Positions 39,384 through 50,084 are shown, counted from the first letter of the stretch. The stretch: DNA of 64,000 nt from Oceanispirochaeta sp. (GCA_963666275.2 CAXXOA010000002.1:160001-224000), one strand, 5' to 3'. Program-made: numbers and translations. Notes: generated by a model not told the origin, from the letters alone.

Positions 39384-40181
39384 TCAGTTATATCCTTCAC
39401 CTGTCAACAGAAGCGAAAGGGCTTCCCGAATAGACGAGGCAAGCCTCTCTTCCGCCAGAGGGAGTACCGCATCGTCGGGGGCTTCATCCCGCCCCCGGAC
39501 GGCAATCACCGAAGCGATCATGGCCGCCTTCAGCCCGAACACCGAAGCCAGAGTCAGCAGGGTGGCGGATTCCATTTCGTAATTCAGAACATTCAGATGC
39601 TTCCACTCCTCCAGGCTTCCCTGGAATTTCCGGGGAACATACCCCGTAAAGGTGTCATACCTCTCCTGGCCGGGATAAAAAGTATCACTGGAAGCGGTGA
39701 TCCCCAGATGAAAGGGAATCTTAAGATTCTCAGCCCCCCGGACCAGATAGCTGGTCAGAGAAAAATCCGCTACAGCCGGATATTCAAGCGGCGCATAGTG
39801 GGTGGAGGCTCCATCCAGACGGACAGACCCGGTTGTAATGACAAGATCCCCCGGCTGGATCCTGTCCTGAATAGCCCCGGTGGTTCCTATTCTGAAAAAG
39901 TTCTGAATTCCCAGGACCGCCAGTTCCTCCAGACAAATGGAGACCGAAGGACCTCCTATTCCTGTGGAACAGACAAGAACGCTGTGCCCTCCCATCTCAG
40001 CCAGCCAGGAGGTGTACTCTCTGTTGGAAACCAGAAAGACCGCATCAGGATCAATCATCCGGGCTGTTTTCTCCACCCTTCCGGGATCGCCGGGGAGGAC
40101 GGCCGTCACAGCGTCGTTCAGCATTTTTCGGTTCAGTTTTATATGGTATAAAATTTTATCTTCCGGTTTTTCCTTTTCCAT
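39384..40181 (-). CDS. udp: Uridine phosphorylase
   Basis: YHIKL, LPGDPGRV, NREY, STGIGGPS, RIGTTGAIQ, SSDTFYPGQERY, NYEMESAT. Confidence 0.94.
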   Translation of the reverse strand: MEKEKPEDKILYHIKLNRKMLNDAVTAVLPGDPGRVEKTARMIDPDAVFLVSNREYTSWLAEMGGHSVLVCSTGIGGPSVSICLEELAVLGIQNFFRIGTTGAIQDRIQPGDLVITTGSVRLDGASTHYAPLEYPAVADFSLTSYLVRGAENLKIPFHLGITASSDTFYPGQERYDTFTGYVPRKFQGSLEEWKHLNVLNYEMESATLLTLASVFGLKAAMIASVIAVRGRDEAPDDAVLPLAEERLASSIREALSLLLTGEGYN

Positions 40182-40310
40182 GATAACTCCTATTTTTCGC
40201 GTTATTGACGGGGCAGTTCCTTCGCTTCTGAAAGAGAGCCCTCTTTCTATTCTAATAGGATTTTCGGCAATTTGTTCACTTAAAAGTAATGAACGGAAAA
40301 ATCCTTTTTA

Positions 40311-40340
40311 TTGACAAAGCAAAGAGAGAAAGAACATAAT
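40311..40340 (+). promoter_or_regulatory. Sigma70-type promoter
   Basis: TTGACA-18 nt-CATAAT immediately upstream of ATG 40348. Confidence 0.6.
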
Positions 40341-40347
40341 CCTTAAT

Positions 40348-41724
40348 ATGATAAACTATATGCCGTTACTTATTCCTCTATTTATAGTGGGAATAGCGGT
40401 GATCATCATTACTTCCAGAGTGATCTCCCGTCATAACAAGACATTCAAGGGAGAAAAAGTCCAGGACAGAAATTCAATCCTCCGGGAAGCCAACAAAAGG
40501 CTCGCAAGCAACCCCAAGGACACTCAGGCCCTTCTTGCTCTGGCGGATCTTCACTATACAGAAAAAAATTATCAGCAGGCGATGAAAACCTACGGAATCC
40601 TACTGGAGCTCTGCGCTACCAATTCGCATCTGGATGAACAGATGATCAATCTGAGATTCGGTCTGTCCGCTATGAGATCCCAGGTCTGGTCGGAAGCCTA
40701 TAAGAGCCTGGCGATTGCCAGAACCAAGGATCAGGACAATTTTGACATAAACTCTTCTCTGGGTATTCTGGAGTATAAGCGGGGAAACCTGGAAAAAGCC
40801 ATGAACTTTCTCTCCATGGCTCTGAAGCATAAACCGAATCACTATGAAACTCTCAGATACATGGGCCTCAGTTTTTTCAAACTGCGCCGCTACAAAGAGG
40901 CAGGTCCCTACCTGAGGAATGCGGCAAACGGTCATCCTGATGACAAGGAAGTGCTTTTCTGCCTGGCAAAATCCCTCTATGAAGTAGGTCAGATGGAACA
41001 GTCTCTGAAAATCTTCACTCACCTGAGACCCGACCCGGAATGGGGACCCCGGGCAGCTCTATATGCGGGAACAATCAATAAACAGAAGAAGTCCTATGAA
41101 AGCGCCATTATGGATTTCGAAATAGGCCTCAAGCACAAACAGATCAGTAGCGATATCCTTCTTGAAATAAAATACAGACTGGCCGACTGCTACAATCAGA
41201 CAAACCAGCTTACCAAAGCCCTGGTGGAACTCAATGAAATTACCAATATAAATCCGAAATACAAGGATGCGGAGATTCAGCGAAACAAGATAAAGGAACT
41301 CACTTCCAACCAGAACCTGCAGACCTATCTCATGGCTCCCATCAGCGAGTTCATTACCCTCTGCCGCCGTCTGACCATGGAGCTGTTTCCTAAAACACGG
41401 ATCAAAGTGCTGGATATTTCAGTCAATAAAAACGAATACGTGGATATCTTTGCCGAGGTCAAAGCCAGAAAGTGGGAAGACCAGATCCTGTTCCGCTTCT
41501 ACAGAGAAGAGGGGAATATCGGAGAGCTGGCGGTACGGGAACTCTACGCTCATATAAAAGAGGTACATGCAGGAAGAGGATTTTGCCTGAGTGCCGGCAA
41601 GTTTACCGAAGAAGCCGAAAAATTTGTGGAAGCCAGACTGATTGACCTGCTCCCCAAGGCAAAACTTGTAAAACTGCTGAATAAAGTAAAAAACTCTCCC
41701 CAGACTCTCACAAGCACAATGTAA
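40348..41724 (+). CDS. Membrane-anchored TPR protein with C-terminal Mrr-like (restriction-endonuclease fold) domain
   Basis: N-terminal TM, about 8 TPR units, C-terminal F..LCR.L...VDIFA...IGELAVRELY......AGRGFCLSAGKFTEEA..F....IDL Mrr_cat-like pattern. Confidence 0.8.
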   Translation: MINYMPLLIPLFIVGIAVIIITSRVISRHNKTFKGEKVQDRNSILREANKRLASNPKDTQALLALADLHYTEKNYQQAMKTYGILLELCATNSHLDEQMINLRFGLSAMRSQVWSEAYKSLAIARTKDQDNFDINSSLGILEYKRGNLEKAMNFLSMALKHKPNHYETLRYMGLSFFKLRRYKEAGPYLRNAANGHPDDKEVLFCLAKSLYEVGQMEQSLKIFTHLRPDPEWGPRAALYAGTINKQKKSYESAIMDFEIGLKHKQISSDILLEIKYRLADCYNQTNQLTKALVELNEITNINPKYKDAEIQRNKIKELTSNQNLQTYLMAPISEFITLCRRLTMELFPKTRIKVLDISVNKNEYVDIFAEVKARKWEDQILFRFYREEGNIGELAVRELYAHIKEVHAGRGFCLSAGKFTEEAEKFVEARLIDLLPKAKLVKLLNKVKNSPQTLTSTM

Positions 41725-42331
41725 CAATATGCCTCTCTTCCGAGAGCATGGGAACTGTCACCGCCGTTATCTGAGCCTTCTCCCCCAGACCTCCCTCCAG
41801 AGAGTGGAGTTCTTCCCGGATCTGGGACATCCTGCCTTTGTAGGCGAAGATTCTGCCTTCTTCCGCAAGGATCCTTCTCAAATGAACAATGAGCTCCGGA
41901 TTGAAAGGGGAAAATCCCCGGAATGTTACCGCATCATACCGGTCTTCAAGCTTTTCGAGGGCCTTTTCGACTATCGTCACATTTTTAATCCCGAGCGTGA
42001 GGACCGCATTCCTGAGAAAACTGACTCTCCGCCCGGAGCGCTCCACGAGGAAGAATTCCGTCCCGGGCAGAAAAACAGCCAGAGGGATCCCCGGCAGCCC
42101 CGCACCGGAACCGATATCCGCCACGCGCTCCAGTCCGGGCTGATCCAGAACGGAAACACCCGAAAGGGAATCCAGGATGTGCCGGATAACAAGCTGATCG
42201 CCCTCGGCATTGACAAGTCCGTACCGGGGATTCCAGAGTTCGATCTCTTTTATATACCGTTCCAGTTTCTTGATTTTTTCAGGATCCTGATCCAGACCCA
42301 TGGCTTTAAGACCGTCATGAAGCAGACTCAT
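41708..42331 (-). CDS. rsmG: 16S rRNA G527 methyltransferase
   Basis: LWNPRYGLV, RHILDSL, DIGSGAGLPGIPLA, LVERSGRRVSFL, YKG; downstream of mnmG. Confidence 0.95.
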   Translation of the reverse strand: MSLLHDGLKAMGLDQDPEKIKKLERYIKEIELWNPRYGLVNAEGDQLVIRHILDSLSGVSVLDQPGLERVADIGSGAGLPGIPLAVFLPGTEFFLVERSGRRVSFLRNAVLTLGIKNVTIVEKALEKLEDRYDAVTFRGFSPFNPELIVHLRRILAEEGRIFAYKGRMSQIREELHSLEGGLGEKAQITAVTVPMLSEERHIVTLCL

Positions 42332-44178
42332 TTTTTCCTTCCCTGGTTCAGCAGAACCATCAGCACGGCAATATCCGACGAGCGCACTCCGGAAATACGG
42401 GAAGCCTGCCCGACCGAAATTGGTCTGATCGATTTCATTTTTTCTCTGGACTCTTTCGAAACCCCTTCCGCCCTGTCGTAATCAAAGTCTTCGGGAATAC
42501 GGATATCCTCCATCTTTCTGAAGCGGGCGATCTGCCTCTCCTGACGGGCCACATACCCTTCATACTTCACATCCAGTTCCGTATGGGAGAGCCAGGCGGG
42601 CGGATAATTCTTCAGTTCGGGAACGGCTTCCTCCAGAAGAGAGAGATCCACATAGGGATCTTTGAGCGCCATATAGCACTCTTTTCCCACATGGGCGGTG
42701 AGTTTTTCTCTTCCTTCGGCGTAGCTTCCGCTGATGCGCCTCTGCCTGAGAAGCTCTTTAATTTCATCAATACCGTCGGCTTTCCTGTGGAAGAGCTCTT
42801 TCATTTTTTCGTCTGCCAGGCCGACCTGTTCAGCATAGGGAAAGAGCCTCCTGTCCGCATCATCATGACGAAGGGAGAGCCTGTATTCCGCCCGGGATGT
42901 GAACATCCGGTAGGGTTCCTTCGTCCCCAGCGTCACAAGGTCATCGATAAGAACTCCCACATAGGCCTCATCCCGTCCCAGAACAAGCGGTTCCCGTCCC
43001 TGCAGCTTCATGGCCGCATTGATTCCCGCCATGAGCCCCTGGCTGGCGGCCTCTTCGTATCCGGAAGTCCCGTTGGTCTGCCCCGCAATGAACAGCCCTT
43101 TATGCCTTTTGCTCTCCAGACTGGGCATCAGCTGGGTAGGATCGAGATAATCGTATTCCACCGCATATCCCGGCCTCATGATCTCCACATTCTCCAGCCC
43201 CGGCAGTGTTCGGAGAAACTCCTCCTGCACGACTTCGGGCAGAGAGGAAGAGATACCGTTCAGGTACATTTCCTCCGTATCCAGTCCTTCCGGCTCCACA
43301 AAGATCTGATGACGGATCCTGTCGGGAAAGCGGACAACTTTATCTTCGATGGAAGGACAGTACCGGGGCCCGGTGCCGACAATTTCTCCTCCGTACAGGG
43401 GAGATTCGTGCATATGATCCCGGATAATCTGATGAGTTTTTTCATTGGTATAGGTGATATGACAGGGCACCTGAGGCCTGTCGGTTGTTTCCCGGAAAAA
43501 AGAGAAAGGCTGCATGATCTCATCGCCGGCCTGTTCTTCCATACGGGAAAAATCCAGGCTGGAACTTTTAACCCGCGCGGGAGTGCCTGTCTTGAGCCGG
43601 CCCACGGTATACCCTTTCTCCCGGAGAGCGGTCCCCAGACCTACAGCAGCGGGTTCCCCCAGACGGCCGGAGGACTGATTGAAGGCTCCGATGAAGATGC
43701 GTCCCTCCATAAAGGTTCCTGTCGTGAGAACAACAACTTGGGAGCGGAAGGTTCTTCCCCTTTCCGTCACCACGCCCTGACAGACCGTACCGGACGAATC
43801 CAGCAGGAGATCCACAACGGTATCCTGAAACAGATGGAGGTTGTCCTGGCTTTCAAGAACCTTTTTTGCCAGCCGGGCGTAGAGGTTTTTATCCGCCTGA
43901 GCCCGGGGAGACTGCACAGCCGGCCCCCTGCTGCGGTTGAGGATCCGGAACTGAATCATCGAGTCATCTATCAGCCGGGCCATCTGACCGCCCAGAGCAT
44001 CCACTTCCCGGACAATATTCCCCTTGGAAAGCCCGCCTACCGCAGGATTACAGGAGAGCCGTCCGATGGCATCCAGACTCTGAGTTATAAAAAGTGTGGA
44101 GAAATTCAAACGGGACAGAGCAAGCCCCGCCTCGATCCCCGCATGTCCGCCGCCAATAACTATTGCATCAAAATCCAT
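42328..44178 (-). CDS. mnmG: tRNA uridine-5-carboxymethylaminomethyl modification enzyme GidA
   Basis: IGGGHAGIEA, SCNPAVGG, LNRSRGPAV, RLKTGTP, GPRYCPSIEDK, AGQTNGTSGYEEAA, EPYRMFTSRAEYRL. Confidence 0.97.
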   Translation of the reverse strand: MDFDAIVIGGGHAGIEAGLALSRLNFSTLFITQSLDAIGRLSCNPAVGGLSKGNIVREVDALGGQMARLIDDSMIQFRILNRSRGPAVQSPRAQADKNLYARLAKKVLESQDNLHLFQDTVVDLLLDSSGTVCQGVVTERGRTFRSQVVVLTTGTFMEGRIFIGAFNQSSGRLGEPAAVGLGTALREKGYTVGRLKTGTPARVKSSSLDFSRMEEQAGDEIMQPFSFFRETTDRPQVPCHITYTNEKTHQIIRDHMHESPLYGGEIVGTGPRYCPSIEDKVVRFPDRIRHQIFVEPEGLDTEEMYLNGISSSLPEVVQEEFLRTLPGLENVEIMRPGYAVEYDYLDPTQLMPSLESKRHKGLFIAGQTNGTSGYEEAASQGLMAGINAAMKLQGREPLVLGRDEAYVGVLIDDLVTLGTKEPYRMFTSRAEYRLSLRHDDADRRLFPYAEQVGLADEKMKELFHRKADGIDEIKELLRQRRISGSYAEGREKLTAHVGKECYMALKDPYVDLSLLEEAVPELKNYPPAWLSHTELDVKYEGYVARQERQIARFRKMEDIRIPEDFDYDRAEGVSKESREKMKSIRPISVGQASRISGVRSSDIAVLMVLLNQGRKK

Positions 44179-44183
44179 AATAT

Positions 44184-45542
44184 TTACTTCCCGACGCAGA
44201 AGTTTAAAAACATCTGCTCCATGATATCCGAAGAGGTGACTTCTCCTGTGATTTCTCCCAGTGCCTGGAGAACTTCAGAAATATCCATTGCCAGCACGTC
44301 CACAGGGAGGCCATTATGAATTCCCTCCAGAACTTTTTCAACCCCGGCATAAGCCCGCTCCAGGAGGTTTTTCTGCCGGAGCGAATCGATCACAGGACCG
44401 TCCTGAGGAGAGGGAGAATCGCGGAAGATCCGCCGCTTCAGTTCCTCTTCCAGCTCATGAAATCCCTCTCCGGTTGCGGCGCTCAATGGAACCGCTCCCT
44501 CTGGACAGGGGCCATCAGCCAGGTCCGCTTTGTTCCAGACCAGAACCCTGCCGGGATCCGGTTCCGCCAGAACAGCACGATCCTCATCAGAGAGTCCGGC
44601 GGTTCCGTCCAGCAGATACAGAACGATATGGGCATTCTCAATAACTTTTCTTGTTCTCCGGATACCCTCTTCTTCGATAGGATCCTCGGACTGACGCAGG
44701 CCCGCCGTATCGTACAGACGGACAGGGATTCCCGAAAGGGAGATCCATGACTCAAGAAAATCTCTGGTCGTACCATGTATATCCGAAACTATAGACCGGT
44801 CCTCTTTAAGAAAGAGATTGAACAGGGAGGATTTTCCCGCATTGGTCCTTCCGGCAAGGGCCACAATGACCCCCTCCTGATAAATCTTACCCACCTGATA
44901 GGTTCCTATCAGATCATGAAGGGAAGATTTGATGGTTTCGAGATCTCCCACAGGAGGTTCGGGCATTTCCACTTCATCATCGGGATAGTCCAGCTGCAGT
45001 TCAAAAGATGCGGCAATGTGTACCGCTTTGTTTTTTATTGTGTCGATCCGCTGGGCTACCGCACCGGACAGCCTGTTCAGAGCCATAGCCTGGGCTTTTC
45101 CGGATTTGGCGCTGACGATCTCCTGAACCGCTTCGGCTCTTGTGAGATCCATCTTGCCGTTGATAAATGCCCGGAAGGTAAACTCTCCGGGAGACGCCTG
45201 GCGGAACCCGTTCCGGAACAGGAGCTGGAGTATTTTCTGAATTCCAGGAAGACTGCCGTGGCAGTAGAATTCCACGCTGTCCTGCCCTGTATAACTGGCC
45301 GGCCCTCTGAAGACAACAGCCATAACCTCATCAAGGGGATCCCCCGTCTCGGGATCAAAGATCATTCCCAGGTGCATCCTGGAAGGCCTGGCCTTTCCCA
45401 GGGAGTTTTTGCCCCTGAATAAAGAGTCTGCCTTTTCAACAGACCCCTCTCCGGTGAGACGGATAATCCCTATAGCGCTTTCTGCCCAGGGTGTTGCCAG
45501 GGCTGCGATTCGATCATCTGGATCGTAATTTTCATGATTCAT
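44184..45542 (-). CDS. mnmE: tRNA modification GTPase
   Basis: IAALATP, PASYTGQD, PGEFTFRAFINGK, GRTNAGKSS, GTTRD, DTAG, NKAD, C-terminal FCVGK. Confidence 0.96.
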   Translation of the reverse strand: MNHENYDPDDRIAALATPWAESAIGIIRLTGEGSVEKADSLFRGKNSLGKARPSRMHLGMIFDPETGDPLDEVMAVVFRGPASYTGQDSVEFYCHGSLPGIQKILQLLFRNGFRQASPGEFTFRAFINGKMDLTRAEAVQEIVSAKSGKAQAMALNRLSGAVAQRIDTIKNKAVHIAASFELQLDYPDDEVEMPEPPVGDLETIKSSLHDLIGTYQVGKIYQEGVIVALAGRTNAGKSSLFNLFLKEDRSIVSDIHGTTRDFLESWISLSGIPVRLYDTAGLRQSEDPIEEEGIRRTRKVIENAHIVLYLLDGTAGLSDEDRAVLAEPDPGRVLVWNKADLADGPCPEGAVPLSAATGEGFHELEEELKRRIFRDSPSPQDGPVIDSLRQKNLLERAYAGVEKVLEGIHNGLPVDVLAMDISEVLQALGEITGEVTSSDIMEQMFLNFCVGK

Positions 45543-45593
45543 ACAGAAAGAAGGATACATCTTTTAAAGAGAACGTATCAATTGCCGGAAGTC

Positions 45594-47063
45594 TCAATAT
45601 AGATTGTTCTTAAGCTCTTCTCCGAAGGCCCGACCCAATTCCCGGAAAGATGCGGACACTGCCAGGGCGTTATCCCGGCTTTCAACCGACTTGACCGCTT
45701 CCACTTCCATCAGGATCTCTCCGGTAGCCACATCAACGGCTTTCACAAAACCACTGGTTTCAACTTTATAGAGACTTTCATTTCGAATATCAAAGTCATT
45801 GATACCGACCACACCGAAGACAACCCTTTTATACCTCCCGGCATAGGCGGCTTTCAGATCTCTCAGAAAAGACTGTTCATTCGATGCGGTAATCTCCCGG
45901 GGAGCCAGATCCATAATTTCCACATCAAAACCATCTGCTGTGAGGACCTCCCTCAGGCCGCCGGCAGTTTCGGAAGAGTTCAGATTGGCTCCTGACATAT
46001 CCGTATGAAGGATAACAATGCCTGTGGACACTTCCCTGGCAATGGAGTCTACCGTGAAATCCATGGTTACCGTATTCTCTTCGAGATAGCGGGATAACCC
46101 GGCAGCTGACTCCAGAAGAGGAGCCAGTTCCCGCAGAGTGGTTTTCAGTTTCCGGCTTCCCGGAGACATAACCACTTCCGAAGGGCCTGCGAAAGGGACA
46201 AAGGGGTGATAGAAATTGACGAAACCATCCACATCAGAAACCATCCTGACCTCGAAGGCACCGATCGTTCCATCCCGTTTTCTGCCCTTGTATTCCACCA
46301 GGAACTCAATATTCCGGATCCCAATAATACCATCCATACAGCGGAGCGAAAAAGGCGTATCGACCGGACTGTTTGCATCCACCCGGGAGGGGTAATTCTG
46401 GATTCTGTAATCTATACGCTGAAAAATCTCCAGAGCCTGTCCCGCATACTGTTCCGCCAGATCCGAAGAGACCGGCGATCCGGTTCCCAGAACATAGGAG
46501 GCCGCATCCATCAGAGCTTCCACAGCCTGATAGAGGAGTCCGTTATTTTCACTCTCTTCAGCCAGCCTGAGCAGCCTGGAAAGGGCTTCATCGGCTCCAA
46601 AATACCTCTCCTGCAGCACCGACCTGAGGACCTGTTCCGCAGTTTCCGGAATGCAGTAATAGCCGAAATAGGCAAAAAGCCCATCCTGTTCAACCCATTC
46701 ATCCCTCTCAAGATTCAGGGGCATCCCGTCTCCGGAGATTCCAGTCAGCACAAGAGAGCGGATCTCCTCAAGAAGGAGCTGACGATCCTCTTCTTCCTCC
46801 AGAAGAGTTCCCAGACCGCTTTTCTCCAGAAAAACCTCCAGGATCCGGACTGAAACCGCTTCAGCAGTGTCGTCCCGGTTTTCCGACTCGGAGGAAACTT
46901 TGAAATAATAGCAGCCGTTTTCCTCTTTATCTTCCAGCTCTTCGAACCACTGAGGAGGGGCTATCCTGCCAGACCGGCCTGAAGCACAACTGATAAAAAT
47001 CTGGGAGACTCCCATCAAAAGGAGAAGATAGATAATGGGCTGATGAAACTTTTTTATTGTCAA
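45594..47063 (-). CDS. Hypothetical lipoprotein
   Basis: Basic N-region, hydrophobic stretch, lipobox IFISC, then PQWF; C-terminal alpha/beta domain. Confidence 0.72.
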   Translation of the reverse strand: MTIKKFHQPIIYLLLLMGVSQIFISCASGRSGRIAPPQWFEELEDKEENGCYYFKVSSESENRDDTAEAVSVRILEVFLEKSGLGTLLEEEEDRQLLLEEIRSLVLTGISGDGMPLNLERDEWVEQDGLFAYFGYYCIPETAEQVLRSVLQERYFGADEALSRLLRLAEESENNGLLYQAVEALMDAASYVLGTGSPVSSDLAEQYAGQALEIFQRIDYRIQNYPSRVDANSPVDTPFSLRCMDGIIGIRNIEFLVEYKGRKRDGTIGAFEVRMVSDVDGFVNFYHPFVPFAGPSEVVMSPGSRKLKTTLRELAPLLESAAGLSRYLEENTVTMDFTVDSIAREVSTGIVILHTDMSGANLNSSETAGGLREVLTADGFDVEIMDLAPREITASNEQSFLRDLKAAYAGRYKRVVFGVVGINDFDIRNESLYKVETSGFVKAVDVATGEILMEVEAVKSVESRDNALAVSASFRELGRAFGEELKNNLY

Positions 47064-47080
47064 TTACAAACTCTTTATAC

Positions 47081-48754
47081 TCAATCCTGATATATGCGGA
47101 TCTCTTTTACAGCATTTATTCCTGTATTTATACTATCATACGGCTGGATCTTCAATATTAAACTTCCATTAACAGAAAACGGGCCTTTCACCTGTCCTTC
47201 ATACCCGACATACAGCCCGTCTCTGTTCTGAATAATAGAAAAATAGACATTTTCCTCTCCCCCATCACCGGCGGGCCTGCCAGAACCTGAAACAACCGAA
47301 ATGGGATAATCCACCGCCAGATAGGTATCCCCGGAATCTTTCATAAAAAGAATCTGCCACTGAATATCCTGAACACTTTTATCCAGAAGAAATTCAAGCG
47401 AAGAGAATTCACTGACAGGAAGTGATGTATCTACAAGAATCGAATCTGGAACAGGAAGTTCTCTTGTATAGAGGGTATCATAACCGGACAGGGCGGAACC
47501 ATCAGCACCTGCGCCTCCCTCGGGAAGAGCTTCCATTGCGTTAAGAATTCCCGCTTCTGTCCAGGCAGAAAGAACCGTACTGCTGTCGGATGAAGACTCG
47601 GGAGAACCGGGGAAAGGAATTTCTGTTTCCCCCAGGATTTCCTCTTCATTCTGCCAGACAAGTCTGTTCCGGCCATCGCTTTTTGTGTAGATAAGCTGTA
47701 CGGCGGCCTGACTTCTATCCTCAAACAGAGATAAGGGGAGAGAAGAGAGAACCTGGGGTATCCTGCTGAATCCTGCATAGAAAGTTCTGGTTTTTCCATT
47801 ATAGAAAAGGATAAAACCATCATCACTGTCGCCCATGGAGATAAGCTGCCACTGATCTGAGCTCATAAGGTGGCGGGGAGTAAATTCCAGAGAGAGCGAA
47901 AAACTTTCCACAGAGCCGAGACGATTCCCGGGAAGATCTGGATAGATATAGGAAATCCCCTGTTCGGCAGATTTTATGTCCCAGGATGCCCCGGGAATGA
48001 CTGTATTGTTATCAAGCTGAACCGCGAATGAAAAAAGCGAATCCCCCTGATTTTCAAGAGCCTTTCCGCTTCCGGAAGGAGAGACATAGATATCTGTTGA
48101 GGCCGCAAGGGTACTTATCAATTTTTTCTGGGGCTCCAGGGGAAAAAGTTCACATTTCAGAGTATAGATCCCTTCATCTCTGGATACGGGAAAAGAAACC
48201 GTGCTTCCTATTTGACTGATAAATCCTTCAAGAAGAACTTCCCCGTCCAGAGACCAACGCAGCCAGGGAGAGGAATCTTCCGGGTAGACAGTATAAACCC
48301 GGGCAGTGATATTTCCTCCGGGCTGCACTTTGGGAGGATAGGTTTCAACACTTGAAATGGAGAAATCTCCCGTCACCAGATAGAAGTAGGTTTCGGATTC
48401 CGACAGAAGAACCCCGGCTCCCCAGGCTTCAAACTGCAGATAATAGACACCTGCTTCCAGATCTTCAGGGAGCGAGACAGGAAGCCCGTCCCCTTTGAGC
48501 TCTTCCGGAGCCAGTTCCACCAGGGCTATCTCATTGTATGCGGAATCTGTCAGTCGGATGAGGATCTGATCAGCCTGACCGTCAACTTCAGTAAAACTCA
48601 CAGGAATTTCAGCCCCGGGAGCCACCACAGAACCATTATCCACAGAGTAGAAGAAATACTCCTCCTCCGGTGTCATGACAAGTCCGTTCTGATCTCCGCA
48701 GGAGACAAAAAGAGAAACAATTAAGAATATAAAAAACCACCTGGTTTTTACCAC
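47081..48754 (-). CDS. Hypothetical lipoprotein (Ig-like/beta-rich)
   Basis: Lipobox LFVSC; GVYYL and GIYTL Ig-like strands; GGGAG RBS before GTG. Confidence 0.72.
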   Translation of the reverse strand: MVKTRWFFIFLIVSLFVSCGDQNGLVMTPEEEYFFYSVDNGSVVAPGAEIPVSFTEVDGQADQILIRLTDSAYNEIALVELAPEELKGDGLPVSLPEDLEAGVYYLQFEAWGAGVLLSESETYFYLVTGDFSISSVETYPPKVQPGGNITARVYTVYPEDSSPWLRWSLDGEVLLEGFISQIGSTVSFPVSRDEGIYTLKCELFPLEPQKKLISTLAASTDIYVSPSGSGKALENQGDSLFSFAVQLDNNTVIPGASWDIKSAEQGISYIYPDLPGNRLGSVESFSLSLEFTPRHLMSSDQWQLISMGDSDDGFILFYNGKTRTFYAGFSRIPQVLSSLPLSLFEDRSQAAVQLIYTKSDGRNRLVWQNEEEILGETEIPFPGSPESSSDSSTVLSAWTEAGILNAMEALPEGGAGADGSALSGYDTLYTRELPVPDSILVDTSLPVSEFSSLEFLLDKSVQDIQWQILFMKDSGDTYLAVDYPISVVSGSGRPAGDGGEENVYFSIIQNRDGLYVGYEGQVKGPFSVNGSLILKIQPYDSINTGINAVKEIRIYQD

Positions 48755-48821
48755 AGAAACTCCCTACATTAAATATAACACATGAAGGGATTAATACACA
48801 GATTAATAGCGATGAAAAAAA

Positions 48822-50084
48822 TCAGGTATTCAGCTTCTGCTCAGGAGCGTCCAGGACAATCCCCAGAACAACCTGTACCGCCTTGACCATAGAACTGAGA
48901 GGGATACACTCCCGAACGCTGTGAAAATTCAGACCTCCTGCAAAAATATTCGGGGTGGGAATTCCCATTGCGGTGAGTCTGGCTCCATCGGTTCCTCCCC
49001 GGATAGGCCTCACTTCCGGCAGAACATCCGCTTTTTCATAGGCTTTAACGAGCAGAGGCTCCAGAACCGGATATTTATCAAGCTCACCTTTCATATTTTT
49101 GTACTGTTCCTTGATTTTCAGATCAACTTTCCCACCTGGAAAAGCAGCTTCCACGGCATCGGCAAAGGCACGGAGAGCTTTTAAGCGTCGCTGGCCCTGC
49201 TCTTCTGAAAAATCCCGAACCATCACAGTGACTTCCGCTTTATCAACACTTCCCCAGATATGATGAGCCCAGTAATTGCCGAAATAGCCGTCGGTGGCCT
49301 CGGGGCTTTCACTCCTCGGGAGAAGAGAGACAAAATGAGAGGCCATGGAGACGGCGTTCACAAGCTTCCCTCTGGCATATCCGGGATGAATGACTTTCCC
49401 CTGAAAAGAAGCATCACAGCGCCAGGCGTTGTAGCACTCCGTTTCCAGCTCCCCTTCCACTCCTCCATCCAGGGTAAAACAGAAATCAGACTTCAGCTGC
49501 TCCAGAGGAAAATCGTCCATCCCGCAGCCGGTTTCCTCGTCCGGAGTAAATATGATCTCAATATCCCCATGTTCCCAATCAGGATTTTTCATAAGGACTT
49601 CCATGGCTGTCATAATTTCCGCAACACCGGCTTTATCATCCGCTCCGAGCAGAGTGGTTCCATCACTGGAGATTATGGTATCACCATTAAACCGGGCAAG
49701 AGCTTCTGTGGTTTCCCCATCCAGTACCACGCCGTTTTCAAGACGTATCGGTGATCCGTCCCAGGACCTGTGGATCCGGGGATGAACATCCTTCCCGGGG
49801 GCATCCTCCGCAGTATCCACATGGGCCATAAAACCCATTACAGGAAAATCCTTTTCCGAATTGGAAGGGATCCGCCCTATGAGATATCCCTTCTCATCCA
49901 GATCCACCCGGGGGACTCCCAGCTGAAGGAGTTCCTGTTTCAGCATATTTAAAAGATCCCACTGTCCTTCTGTGGAGGGCCTCTTCTTTTCAGCAACGGC
50001 AGGATTTGATGTAGTCCAGACTTTCACATACCTGAGAAACCTGTCCAGAACGGCAGTCTCTATTTCGCTCTTGTTCATTTCCAT
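48822..50084 (-). CDS. pepT: Peptidase T (M20B tripeptidase)
   Basis: RFLRYVK, PSTEGQ, AHVDT, LLGADDKAG, FTPDEE, HPGYA, PIRGGTDG, PNIFAGG.NFHS. Confidence 0.95.
   Translation of the reverse strand: MEMNKSEIETAVLDRFLRYVKVWTTSNPAVAEKKRPSTEGQWDLLNMLKQELLQLGVPRVDLDEKGYLIGRIPSNSEKDFPVMGFMAHVDTAEDAPGKDVHPRIHRSWDGSPIRLENGVVLDGETTEALARFNGDTIISSDGTTLLGADDKAGVAEIMTAMEVLMKNPDWEHGDIEIIFTPDEETGCGMDDFPLEQLKSDFCFTLDGGVEGELETECYNAWRCDASFQGKVIHPGYARGKLVNAVSMASHFVSLLPRSESPEATDGYFGNYWAHHIWGSVDKAEVTVMVRDFSEEQGQRRLKALRAFADAVEAAFPGGKVDLKIKEQYKNMKGELDKYPVLEPLLVKAYEKADVLPEVRPIRGGTDGARLTAMGIPTPNIFAGGLNFHSVRECIPLSSMVKAVQVVLGIVLDAPEQKLNT

Noticed and set aside
42583..44319. 578-aa plus-strand ORF, and similar long ORFs such as 29102..30661, 22992..24290, 36747..37964, 20431..21477 and 1861..2838
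   Set aside because: Each lies antisense to a clearly recognisable gene (mnmG, recC, recD, fusA, hydG, ptsP) and has no motifs. These are shadow ORFs from codon bias.
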